Both the position numbers and the translations under genes were made by a program. Below, piece by piece: positions 31,057-41,383 of a stretch of DNA of 64,000 nucleotides. Location: NCBI GenBank assembly GCA_963751455.1, contig CAVVUN010000015.1, positions 32,001 through 96,000 on the forward strand. The letters are read 5' to 3'. Source of the DNA: Nitrospirota bacterium (lineage in GTDB: Bacteria > Nitrospirota > UBA9217). Every line of letters starts with the position of its first letter. The stretch's first letter is position 1. Under the pieces are notes generated by a model. It did no database searches. It saw only the letters and a program-made list of their open reading frames with translations, and was not told the DNA's origin.

Positions 31057-33446
31057 ATGAGACAGATTGAAAAAGCAGCTGTCTTGGGGGCAGGCGTGAT
31101 GGGAGCGACGATTGCCGCTCACCTTGCAAATGCCGGCATTCAGGTGCTCCTGATCGATATCATACCGAAGGAACCGAACAACGCTGAAAAAAAGGCGGGT
31201 CTCACCCTGGCCGATCGCGTGGTTCGGGACCGGATCGCAATGGCGGGACTGGAAGGGCTCAAGAAGATGAAGCCCGCGGCTTTCTTCCTCCCGGCCTATG
31301 CATCCTCGATAGAGGCAGGGAACTTCGATGATGACGCGAAAAAGCTTCGGGAGTGCGACTGGATAGTCGAGGCCGTCGTTGAAAAGATGGAGATCAAAAA
31401 GCGGGTGTTCGCAGAGAAAATCGCGCCGAACCTGAAAGAGGGCGCCATTGTCTCGACCAACACAAGCGGACTTTCGGTCAGCGAGATGGCTGAAAGCCTT
31501 CCGGAACATGTGCGGAAAAATTTCCTTGTCACCCACTTTTTTAACCCGCCGCGCTACATGCGACTTCTGGAGATCATCCCGACCCGCTACACGGATCCCG
31601 AAGTCGTCCGATTCATGGCTGGATTCATCCAGATACGCCTCGGGAAGGGAATCGTCTACGCCAAGGACACTCCGGATTTTATCGCGAACCGGATCGGCGT
31701 CTATTCCATTTGCAACAGCGATACGCCATATGATCGAAATGGACATGACCGTGGAAGAGGTGGATGCTGTTGCCGGGCCCGCTACTGCCCGCCCGAAAAG
31801 CGCTATCTTCCGCACCGCAGATCTGGTCGGAATCGACACCCTGCAGCATGTTGCGGGCAATGCGTATGAAACGCTCGTGAATGACGAGCAGCGGGAGGTC
31901 TTCCGTTTACCCGGTTTTATCGGGGAGATGGTGAAGAAGGGCCTTCTGGGAAACAAGAGCAACCAGGGATTCTTCAAAAAGGAAAAAGGCGAAAACGGAA
32001 CCGAATACTTCTACTACAACTATAAGACCGGTGAGTACGCGCCCTCGGAACGGCCCAAGTTCGCATCGGTAGAGGCGGCCAAGCCGATCGATGATCCGGG
32101 GAAACGGCTCCAGGCGGTCATGTCCGGAACAGACAAGGCGGCCGTGTTCGCCTGGAAGAACCTTCGCGACACCCTTATCTATGCCTTCAACCGGATTCCC
32201 GAGATCGCGGACGATATCGTGAATATCGACAACGCCATGAAGTGGGGATTCAACTGGGACCTCGGCCCCTTCGAAATGCTCGACGCCATCGAGCGTCAAG
32301 AATTTCGTTATGCGGGCCGGAGCAGGACGGGGTAGAAGTGCCGCCGGGACTCAAGTCGATCGAACGATTCTACAAATTCGAGAGCGGCAAAGACTACTAC
32401 CGTCTCCTTGACAAGGAATACCGGGAAGTACCGAGACCCGCGTGCAAGATCGGCCTTTCTCTCCTCAAGAGAAGCGGCGGTGATGGTGGAGAAGAACAGC
32501 GGAGCCTCGGTGCTCGACCTGGGGGACGGAGTCTTCTGCCTCGAATTCCACGCCAAGATGAACGCCATCGGAAACGATATCCTTTCCATGGTCCACAAGG
32601 CAATCAAGCGGGCGGAGCAGGACGGCGTGGGGCTCGTCATCGCGAACGAAGGGACGGTGTTTTCCGCGGGCGCCAACCTGATGCTCATTGCCATGGCCAT
32701 CGCCGAAGGGGCCTATGACGAGATCGCGCTGACGGTCAAAAACTTCCAGAAGGCGATGATGGCGATCAAGTACTCGAAGATACCGGTGGTGGCCGCCCCC
32801 CACAACGCTGGCCCTGGGAGGGGGCTGCGAGTTCTGCCTGCATGCGGACGCCATGAACCCTCATGCCGAGACCTACATGGGCCTGGTGGAGATCGGCGTC
32901 GGGCTGCTCCCGGCGGGCGGGGGGACCAAGGAGATGGCGCTCCGGGCTATAAAACTGGCCGAGGAAAACGAGACGGATGTCAGCCCGTTCATCTTCAAAA
33001 ACTTCTCGAACATCGCCATGGCGAAAGTGAGCACGTCCGCGGCGGAGCTTTGCGGGATGGGCTTCATGCGCCACGGCGACACCATTACCATGGATACGGA
33101 CAGGCGAATTTTCGACGCCAAGCAGAAAGCGATCGCCCTGGCCGCAAACTACCGTCCTTCAAGGCCGCTCATCGACCTCAGGGCGCCGGGGCGGAGCGTT
33201 GCGGCGACCATCAAGTCCCAGCTCTGGAACATGAGGATGGGCGGACAGGTGACGGAGTTCGAGCAAGTCCTGGCCAACACGATTGCCGACGTCATCACCG
33301 GCGGCGATGTTCCCGCCGGCACTCTGATCACCGAGGAGTACCTGCTGGACCTGGAGCGGGAGGCATTCCTGAAACTCTGCGGCCAGAAAAAGACCCTGGA
33401 GCGGATCCAGCATATGCTGAAGAAGGGAAAACCGCTGAGGAATTAA
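31057..33446 (+). pseudogene. 3-hydroxyacyl-CoA dehydrogenase/enoyl-CoA hydratase (FadN-like), multiply frameshifted in this sequence
   Basis: GAGVMG, STNTS, HFFNPP, FSAGANL, GLVEIGVGLLP, GKPLRN spread over at least five ORF pieces; may be an intact gene with sequence errors. Confidence 0.85.
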
Positions 33447-33480
33447 GAGCCCGGAACGTGAGCCCGGAACCAAAACTTTG

Positions 33481-33620
33481 GAACCGCGAAGGCGCGAAGG
33501 ACGCGAAGGAAGGCAAAAGATTCTTCCCGGTTTAAAGCAGGGAATTAAAGATTTTCTTCGCGACCTTCGCGCCTTCGCGGTAAATGGTTTTGCTTTTCAA
33601 GTTTGAGCTGAGTAGTTATG
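33481..33620. repeat. Palindromic mini-element (CGCGAAGG arms), copy A
   Basis: accgcgaaggcgcgaaggacgcgaagg ... cttcgcgaccttcgcgccttcgcggt; inverted relative at 39035-39165. Confidence 0.8.
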
Positions 33621-33648
33621 GAAATACAAACATCCAACGGAGGCTCTG

Positions 33649-34869
33649 ATGAGAAACGCATATATCCTGGCCGCCTACCGCACGCCCGGCTGCAAGGCGA
33701 AAAAGGGCAAATTAAAGGATGTCAGGCCCGACGATCTGGCCGCGGCTGCAATCAAAGGGCTGCTGGAGAGAACGGCTATCGACCCTCTGCTGGTGGAGGA
33801 TGTCATCATCGGGTGCGCTTTCCCCGAAGGGGAGCAGGGAATGAACATGGCCCGGATCGCGGCAATGAGGGCCGGGATTCCCTACCAGGTGCCGGCCCAG
33901 ACCGTCAACCGTTTCTGTTCTTCGGGGCTGCAGACTATAGCTTCGGCTGCGGAGCGGATCATGGCCGGGTTTGCCGACTGCATCATTGCGGGCGGCGCAG
34001 AGAGCATGACCATGATCCCGATGGGCGGAAACAAGTACAGCGTCGAATCCTTCTCTGGTCGGCTTCCTGGCCGGAATCATTCACCACATGGGGATTACCG
34101 CCGAGCTGGTGGCGGACAAGTACAAGGTTTCCCGTGAAGACCAGGATGTTTTTGCCGCAGCGAGCCACGTCAAGGCCGCGGCTGCCATCGAGCAGGGCAA
34201 ATTCAAAGAGGAGATCATCCCGGTCGAGGTTGAGAATTGCGCCCTGGTAAACGGCAAGATGAAAAAAGAGAAAGAGGTCGTGAGCATCGATGACGGCGTG
34301 CGGGGGGACACGACCGCCGGCAATCCTCGGAAAACTGAAGCCCGCCTTCAAGAGTGAACGGCACGGTCACGGCCGGCAACTGCGTCCCAGATGACCGACG
34401 GGGCCGCGGCGGCGCTGGTCGTCTCCGAGGAGTTCCTGAAAAAAAGCGGGAAATCACCTCTGGCCCGGTTCGTCTCCTTTGCCGTAAAAGGGGTGCCGCC
34501 CGAGATCATGGGCATCGGCCCGGTTGAGGCGATCCCGGCCGCGCTGCAAGCTGGCGGGGCTGAAGCAGGATGAGATCGGCCTTATCGAACTGAACGAGGC
34601 CTTTGCCGCCCAGTCTCTCGCCTGCATCCGGACCCTCGGGCTCGATCCTGGCCCGGGTCAATGTGAACGGCGGCGCGATCGCCCTGGGGCACCCCCTCGG
34701 ATGCACCGGCGCCAAGCTGACCGCCACCCTTCTCCACGAGATGCAGCGGAGAGGCGTCCGCTACGGCATGGTCTCCATGTGCATCGGCGGCGGCATGGGA
34801 GCGGCGGGGATATTCGAGAAGATGTACGATAAAATCGAATCCCGCGACTTGCAATCCCCCGGCATCTAA
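33649..34869 (+). pseudogene. Acetyl-CoA C-acyltransferase (thiolase), frameshifted in this sequence
   Basis: [33 protein letters not shown] across several frames. Confidence 0.85.
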
Positions 34870-34995
34870 TGCCGGGGGTAATGCGCCGTAGTCACGCTGG
34901 GAAGTCGCGTTGTTCAATGGAGCTTCCTGGCTCCTGCCGGAGGGGGCTTCACTTGCAAATTGTAAATTGCAAAGTGCAAAATTGAGGAGAATACC

Positions 34996-36775
34996 ATGAC
35001 CGCGAAAATATTCAAAGGGGCCGAGTACCTGATTACCGAGGTAACCAAGGACGATGTCTTCACGCCGGAGGACTTCACCGATGAGCAGAAACAGATCGGC
35101 GAGACAACCGATCAGTTCGTGCGGAACGAGGTCGTCCCCCACCGGGAGGAGATCGAGAACCACAAATTCGACGCTGGCCGTCCAGCTGATGAAAGTGCGG
35201 CGAACTGGGGCTTCTCATGATCGATGCCCCCGAGGAGTACGGCGGCCTCGAACTCGACAAGGCGACCAGCATGCTGGCAGCGGAGAAAATCGCCTCAGCC
35301 GGCTCTTTTTCCGTTACCTACTCGGCCCATACCGGCATCGGCACGCTCCCGCTCGTCTATTACGGCACGAAGGAGCAGAAGGAAAAATACCTGGAGAAGA
35401 TCATCAGCGGCGAATGGATCGCCGCCTACTGCCTGACCGAGCCGGACTCCGGCAGCGACGCGCTCGGGGCAAAGGCCACCGCCACCCTTTCCGCCGGACG
35501 GGAAATACTACCTCCTGAACGGCACGAAGCAGTTCATCACGAACGGCAGCTTTGCCAACCTCTATACCATCTTCGCCAAGATCGACAAGGAGCACTTCAC
35601 CGCGTTCCTCGTGGAAAGGAACACCGAGGGGCTGTCCGTCGGGGCCGAGGAGAAAAAGCTCGGGATCAGGGGTTCCTCCACGACGCCAGATCGTCCTCGA
35701 AAATGCCAAGGTGCCCGGTGGAAAACGTGCTCGGCAGATCGGCAAAGGGCACAAGATCGCGTTCAACGTCCTGAACGTCGGCCGCTTCAAGCTGGGCGCC
35801 GGAGTGACCGGGGCCGCCAAGCACGCGCTCGCCGAAGGGATCAAGTACGCCAACTGCAGGAAGCAGTTCGGCGTCCCGATCGCAACCTTCGGCGCGATCA
35901 AGGAGAAGATCGCCGACATGACGGCCGCGGTTTTCGCCTCGGAATCGCTCGTCTATCGCCTGGCGGGCATGATCGACAACAGGCTGGCGACGATTCCCAA
36001 GGACACGCCCAACTACTACGAGGTCTACCAGAAGGGGATCGAGGAGTATGCCATCGAGTGCGCCATCGCCAAGGTGTTCTGCAGCGAGGTCCTTGCCGAC
36101 GTGGTGGACGAGGTCGTGCAGATCTTCGGCGGTTACGGCTTCATCCAGGACTACCCGGCGGAGCGGTTCTACCGCGACGAGCGGATCAACAGGATTTTCG
36201 AGGGGACGAACGAGATCAACCGTCTGCTGATCCCCGGCATGATCCTCGGCGCGGCCATGAAAGGGGAGATCCCGCTCCAGCGCGAGGCGATGAAGGCGAT
36301 CGAGTCGCTGACGTCGCCCTCTCTCGATGAGTCCGGGGACACTGAGGCCTTTGCCGCGGAAAAGGCGCTGCTCGCAAGCCTGAAGAAGATATTCCTGGTG
36401 ATCGCCGGGAGCGGCGTTCAAAAATTCATGGCCGCAATAAAGGACGAGCAGGAGATCCTGATGGCCGTCGCGGACGTCGCCATCAACATCTTCGCCATAG
36501 AGAGTGCGGTCTTGCGCGCCGAAAAGATCCTGCCGACGCTGAGCGAAGCCAGGAAGGGGGCGGTCACGGCAGCGGTGAAGGTCTTTACGTTCAATGCCGC
36601 GGAGCGGACTGCCACGGCCGCGCGCAAGGCCGCCTTCTTCATCGAAGAGGGAGACAACCTGACCATGCTTCTTGCCGGGATCAGGCGCTTTACCAAATAC
36701 GATGCTACGGGTCTTCTCAAGGCGAAGCGGCAGTTGGCCGACGCCGCGATCGAGGCGGAGAAGTATATTTTTTAG
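34996..36775 (+). pseudogene. Acyl-CoA dehydrogenase, 5' part frameshifted in this sequence
   Basis: CLTEPDSGSD, RKQFG, QIFGGYG, RIFEGTNEI across several frames. Confidence 0.85.
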
Positions 36776-36793
36776 CAGAGAGTCAAAGTAGTG

Positions 36794-37014
36794 TCCGCAG
36801 ATTACGCTGATTTCACAGATTAAACGTAACTACTCAGGTAGCCGCTGTAGGGCAAGGCTTTAGCCTTGCATTCGCGCGGTCCGCGCATGTTCCAACGTCG
36901 TAGCAACCCTAAAGGGTTGCCCTACAAATGCTTTAGAAACGGACCTAGTAGTTACGATTAAACCAAATTTGGATTACAGGGGTTTAAATCCGCGCGATTT
37001 GCAAAATCTGCGGA
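36794..37014. repeat. Three-layer nested palindromic element including a GTAG-type REP doublet
   Basis: Outer CCGCAGATT arms; middle CGTAACTACT/AGTAGTTACG with ATTAAA flanks; inner GTAGGGCAAGGCTTTAGCCTTGC and GCAACCCTAAAGGGTTGCCCTAC. Confidence 0.8.
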
Positions 37015-37047
37015 TTAAAATCAGAAGTTTTTTGACAGGAGCACTTC

Positions 37048-39039
37048 ATGGAAGCAACGCGGGAAATTTACTGGAACGTCGGGCACGGCGTCATGCTGCC
37101 CATGTACTCCTTCGCTTTTCTTGCCGGAGCGGCGTTCCTGTACGGCTATTATCGCCGCCTGGCAATATACCGGCAGGGGAAGGCGCTGAACAGGTTTGAC
37201 CGCCTGTTCCTGCGCATCTTCCTGCTTCTGAAAAACATGTTTGCCCAGATACGCGTTCTTCGTGTCCCGGGCCCCGGCATTCTCCATGCCGTCTTTTTCT
37301 GGGGCTTCGGCCTCCTCTTCATCGGCACCCTTCTCATCATGGCCCAGGTCGATTTCACCCAACTCGTGTTCGGGTGGGTCTTCCTCAAAGGGACGTTTTA
37401 CAAGATCTTCTCCCTGGTCCTCGACGCGGCCGGCTTTGCAGCCCTGGTCATGCTCGGGGGGCTTCTCGTGCGCCGCTTCGTCGTCAAGCCCGAAGGGCTG
37501 GAAACCGTTCGCGACGATTATGTCGTGCACGGCCTGCTATTTGCCATCCTGTTGACCGGCTTCGTGGTTGAAGGCGTCCGGATGGCCGCTACGGAGCTGA
37601 GGAACAATCCCGGCCTGGCGATCTTCTCGCCCGTCGGCATGGTTGCCGGAAAAATTTTTCTCGATATGACGCCCGAAGCCTTGTCCCGCACTCATAAAAT
37701 TCTGTGGTGGGTCCACTTTTTCCTGAGCATGGGCTTCATCGTCATCATTCCGTTCACCAAGCTGCGCCATATCTTCACGACCTCCGCCAATTACCTTTTC
37801 ACGGACCTCGCGCCGAAAGGCAGCATCGCCACGATCAACCTGGAGGACGAAGGCGCCCAACAGTTCGGCGCGGCAAAAATCACGGAACTCGCATGGAAGG
37901 ATATTTTCGACGCGGATGCCTGCACCACGTGCAAGCGCTGCCAGGAGCGCTGCCCGGCATACGCAACGGGCAAACCCCTTTCGCCCATGAAAGTGGTAAA
38001 ACAGATAGGCGAGGTCGCGTTCACCAAACCGGAAGCGGGCCTGGTCGAGACTGTGAGCGAGGACGTGCTCTGGGCGTGCACCACCTGTTTCGCCTGCCAG
38101 CATATCTGCCCGGCGAACATCGAGCACGTGAACAAGATCCTCGAGATGCGCAGGAACCGCTCCCTCATGGAGGGGGTGTTCGCGGGAGACGAGGTGCGGA
38201 CCGCAGTGAACGATATCGAGGTGAACAGCAACCCCTTCGGCCTCGCCTACGCTGCCCGGGGGGAATGGGCCGACGGGCTCGACGTGAGGATCATGGAGCA
38301 GGACCGCGATGTCGATATCCTCTACTTCGCGGGCTGTTATGCTTCTTTTGACAAGAGAAACCGGGAAGTGGCCCGGAGCTTTATCAGGATCTGCAGCGCA
38401 GCCGGCATCCGGGTCGGCATACTCGGCAAAGAGGAGAAATGCTGCGGCGAGCCGCCGCGTAAGCTGGGGAACGAGTACCTTTACCAGATGACGGCTGCGC
38501 AGAACATCGAGCGGATCAAGGCGTACGGCGTCAAGAAGATCGTCACGACCTGCCCGCATTGTTTCAATACCCTCGGGAGAGATTACAAGGACCTGGGGCT
38601 CGATATCGATGTCGAGCACTACACTACTTTTATCAACGGACTTATCAATAACAACAGGCTTAAACTAAAACCCGCGACCTTTGAGTTTACCTACCACGAC
38701 TCCTGCTACCTGGGTCGGTACATGGACATAATCGCAGAGCCGCGGGCTGTGCTCAAGGCCGCCGGCGGCCGGATCGCGGAGATGAAAAAGTCCGGGTACG
38801 AGAGCTTCTGCTGCGGCGGGGGCGGCGGCAGGATCCTGGCCGAGGAGAAGCTCGGGACGAGGATCAACGCGGCGCGGGTAACCATGGCCGTGTCAACGGG
38901 CGCTTCCTTGCTTGTCTCCAACTGCCCGTTCTGCCTCACGATGCTCGAGGATGGAATAAAAACAAGTGAGGCCGATGGAAAGCTGAAGGTGGTTGACCTG
39001 GCTGAAATTGTGGCGGCAAGGATTGTAACTAAAACGTAA
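37048..39039 (+). CDS. Membrane-bound Fe-S oxidoreductase (FadF/HdrD-like, probable ETF:quinone oxidoreductase)
   Basis: N-terminal TM domain with His residues, two CxxCxxCxxxCP motifs, two CCG domains; adjacent to etfBA. Confidence 0.88.
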   Translation: MEATREIYWNVGHGVMLPMYSFAFLAGAAFLYGYYRRLAIYRQGKALNRFDRLFLRIFLLLKNMFAQIRVLRVPGPGILHAVFFWGFGLLFIGTLLIMAQVDFTQLVFGWVFLKGTFYKIFSLVLDAAGFAALVMLGGLLVRRFVVKPEGLETVRDDYVVHGLLFAILLTGFVVEGVRMAATELRNNPGLAIFSPVGMVAGKIFLDMTPEALSRTHKILWWVHFFLSMGFIVIIPFTKLRHIFTTSANYLFTDLAPKGSIATINLEDEGAQQFGAAKITELAWKDIFDADACTTCKRCQERCPAYATGKPLSPMKVVKQIGEVAFTKPEAGLVETVSEDVLWACTTCFACQHICPANIEHVNKILEMRRNRSLMEGVFAGDEVRTAVNDIEVNSNPFGLAYAARGEWADGLDVRIMEQDRDVDILYFAGCYASFDKRNREVARSFIRICSAAGIRVGILGKEEKCCGEPPRKLGNEYLYQMTAAQNIERIKAYGVKKIVTTCPHCFNTLGRDYKDLGLDIDVEHYTTFINGLINNNRLKLKPATFEFTYHDSCYLGRYMDIIAEPRAVLKAAGGRIAEMKKSGYESFCCGGGGGRILAEEKLGTRINAARVTMAVSTGASLLVSNCPFCLTMLEDGIKTSEADGKLKVVDLAEIVAARIVTKT

Positions 39040-39165
39040 CTGCTGACATCAAACAAAAAGAATTTTACCGCGAAGGCGCGAAGGCCGCTAAGAAAATCTT
39101 TAATTCTTGTTTTAAACCAGGAGAATCTTTTGCCTTCCTTCGCGTTCCTCGCGCCTTTGCGGTTC
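39035..39165. repeat. Palindromic mini-element (CGCGAAGG arms), copy B, inverted relative to copy A
   Basis: Reverse complement matches 33481-33620 including the spacer (aaggcaaaagattct...tttaaa...gaattaaagattttct). Confidence 0.8.
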
Positions 39166-39203
39166 AATGATTTTGTTTCCCATTTATCCGGTTAGGAGGA
39201 GAA

Positions 39204-39980
39204 ATGAAAATTCTGGTCTGCATCAAGCAGGTGCCCGACATGGCATCGAGGTTCAAGGTCAACGGGGAAGGCATCTGGTACGACGAGACCGACCTGGCCT
39301 TCCGGATGAACGAGTATGACGAGTATGCCGTCGAACAGGCGGTGCAGGTCAAGGAGCAGCTCGGCAACACGCCCGACGTTACCGTCCTGTCCATCGGTCC
39401 CGACCGGGTCGTCGAAGTGATCAAGAAGGCGCTGGCCATGGGGTGCGACCGGGGAGTTCATATCCAGGACAATGCCTCCTATCGGAAGGATCCGTGGCAG
39501 ATCGCCTCCGTGATCGCAGGCTTCGCCCGGGACAAGAACTTCGACCTGATCTTCTTCGGGATGCAGTCCCAGGATAGGGGCTCGACGCAGGTCGGCGTTT
39601 TCGCTGCCGAAATCCTCGGCATTCCCTGCGTCACGACCCTGGTCGCTTTTGCCTTTGCGGACGGGGTCGTCACCGCCAAGCGGGAACTTGAAGGGGGCGT
39701 GAAAGCAGTGGTGAAGTTCAAACCGCCGGCAGTGGTGACGTGCCAGCTTGGATTGAATACGCCGCGCTATCCGACACTTCCTAATATCATGAAGGCCAAA
39801 AAAAAGGAACTCCTCGTATTTCCGGTCGCGAATTTCCTGAAGGAGAAGGAAATGATTGCCACAGCAAGAGCGTATCCGCCCGCGAAAAAGGGGAGCGGCA
39901 TCGTTCTTGAAGGGGATATAAATGAGATGGCCGCGAAGCTCGTCGGCATTCTGAAGGAGAAGACGAAGGTAGTGAAGTAG
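39204..39980 (+). CDS. etfB: Electron transfer flavoprotein beta subunit
   Basis: VCIKQVPD, DEYAVE, NTPRYP motifs. Confidence 0.93.
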   Translation: MKILVCIKQVPDMASRFKVNGEGIWYDETDLAFRMNEYDEYAVEQAVQVKEQLGNTPDVTVLSIGPDRVVEVIKKALAMGCDRGVHIQDNASYRKDPWQIASVIAGFARDKNFDLIFFGMQSQDRGSTQVGVFAAEILGIPCVTTLVAFAFADGVVTAKRELEGGVKAVVKFKPPAVVTCQLGLNTPRYPTLPNIMKAKKKELLVFPVANFLKEKEMIATARAYPPAKKGSGIVLEGDINEMAAKLVGILKEKTKVVK

Positions 39981-40034
39981 TAATTCGTTATTTGAATTTG
40001 GTAAATGTGATGCATTCGTAAAAAGTCAAAATCT

Positions 40035-40156
40035 ACCACAGAGACACAGCCTGCACTCGCGCAGTGCACTCGTAGTCGCTGGCCGCAGGCGGAGACACAG
40101 AGAAAATCAAATTGGAAATTAAGCATTTTTCTCCGTGACCTCTGTGCCTCTGTGGT
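40035..40156. repeat. Palindromic mini-element (ACAGAG arms) with a nested 42-bp insert
   Basis: accacagagacacag[gcctgc...gcaggc]ggagacacagag ... ctccgtgacctctgtgcctctgtggt. Confidence 0.75.
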
Positions 40157-40230
40157 TAAACCCTATTTTTAGATTCTGTAATTTGATTTTTTGGAGATTT
40201 GATTTCTTTGTCTGATTTGGAGGATCGAAT

Positions 40231-41148
40231 ATGAAAGCACTGCTCGTTTGCGAATACCGGGATGGGAAACTGCTCGGTTCCACCTATGAACTTGCGACCT
40301 TTGCCGACAAGCTGGGCGCAGACAAGGCAATGGTCCTGATCGGAAAAGAGGCCGAAACCCCGAAGATCAACGCCAAAGTTTACCTGGCCGATGCCGCGAA
40401 ATACGGCGAATATAATCCAGACCTGCATAAAAAGATCGTGCTCGAAGCGGTCAAGAGGGAAAACGCGGACTGTATTGTCTTCTCCCACTCCTCCTATGGA
40501 TGGGACCTGGCGCCGCGGGTTGCCGCGGCCCTGAAGGCCGGCCAGATTTCCGAAATCACGGGCATCAACGAAGGAAAATTCGAAGTCGGACTGTGCAACG
40601 CCAAGCTGCGGCGGACCGTGATCCCGAACACGGGCAAGATGGTCCTAACGATCCAATCGGGCGCCTTCAATCCTGCCGGGGAGCCGCAGGGGAAGGCGGA
40701 GGTGGAAAAGATCGACCCGGCCGATGCTGTTTCGTCCGTCGAGTTCGTCGGGTATGAACCTGCCAGGGAAAAGGAAGTGGACCTGGCCCGGGCCGAGGTG
40801 ATTGTCAGCGCCGGGAGAGGCGTCGGCAAAAAAGAGAACGTGCAAACCATTGCCGCCCTGGCCAAGGCCCTCGGCGGCGAGTTGGGCGCGAGCCGGCCGG
40901 TTGTCGATGCAGGATGGGTCGAGCACAGCCGCCAGGTCGGGACCACGGGCCAGATCGTTGCCCCGAAACTCTACGTTGCGTGCGCGATTTCCGGGGCTAT
41001 TCAGCATATTGCAGGGATGAAGAACTCCGAGTTTGTCGTTGCCGTAAACAAGGATAAGGACGCCCCGATCGGCGAGGTCGCGGATGTGCTGGTAGTGGCT
41101 GATGTAATGCAGTTCGTTCCTGCCTTTATTGCAAAGCTCCAAAAATAA
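40231..41148 (+). CDS. etfA: Electron transfer flavoprotein alpha subunit
   Basis: VSAGRG, GASRPVVD, QVGTTG, ISGAIQH motifs. Confidence 0.94.
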   Translation: MKALLVCEYRDGKLLGSTYELATFADKLGADKAMVLIGKEAETPKINAKVYLADAAKYGEYNPDLHKKIVLEAVKRENADCIVFSHSSYGWDLAPRVAAALKAGQISEITGINEGKFEVGLCNAKLRRTVIPNTGKMVLTIQSGAFNPAGEPQGKAEVEKIDPADAVSSVEFVGYEPAREKEVDLARAEVIVSAGRGVGKKENVQTIAALAKALGGELGASRPVVDAGWVEHSRQVGTTGQIVAPKLYVACAISGAIQHIAGMKNSEFVVAVNKDKDAPIGEVADVLVVADVMQFVPAFIAKLQK

Positions 41149-41298
41149 TCCGGTCATTGCCGTGCTCTTATCCGGCGCCAGGTGCCCACCTGCCCACGGG
41201 CCCCGCCGATCTGTTCATTCGCCCCCTCGCCGTTCAAGCCGATATACGCATACGTCCGGGGATGATTGCCTCAGTACTCGAAAACAAGGTTGCAGCTT

Positions 41299-41383
41299 CG
41301 ATTACCGGGCAGGCAAGCTGTTCGACCACGAGCACCCGGAAGAGGACATCAAAAAAGCCCTCGCAAAACTTCCGAAAATATAA
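41299..41383 (+). pseudogene. Second copy of the trpB2 3' end
   Basis: Encodes [27 protein letters not shown], versus [27 protein letters not shown] at 30258-30342. Confidence 0.9.

Noticed and set aside
31700-35760. Programmed ribosomal frameshifting in the fad genes
   Set aside because: Too many shifts, no consistent slippery motif, and not expected for these enzyme families.
30832-38619. Long minus-strand ORFs (381, 251, 360 aa) in the beta-oxidation block
   Set aside because: Antisense or alternate-frame shadows typical of GC-rich coding DNA.
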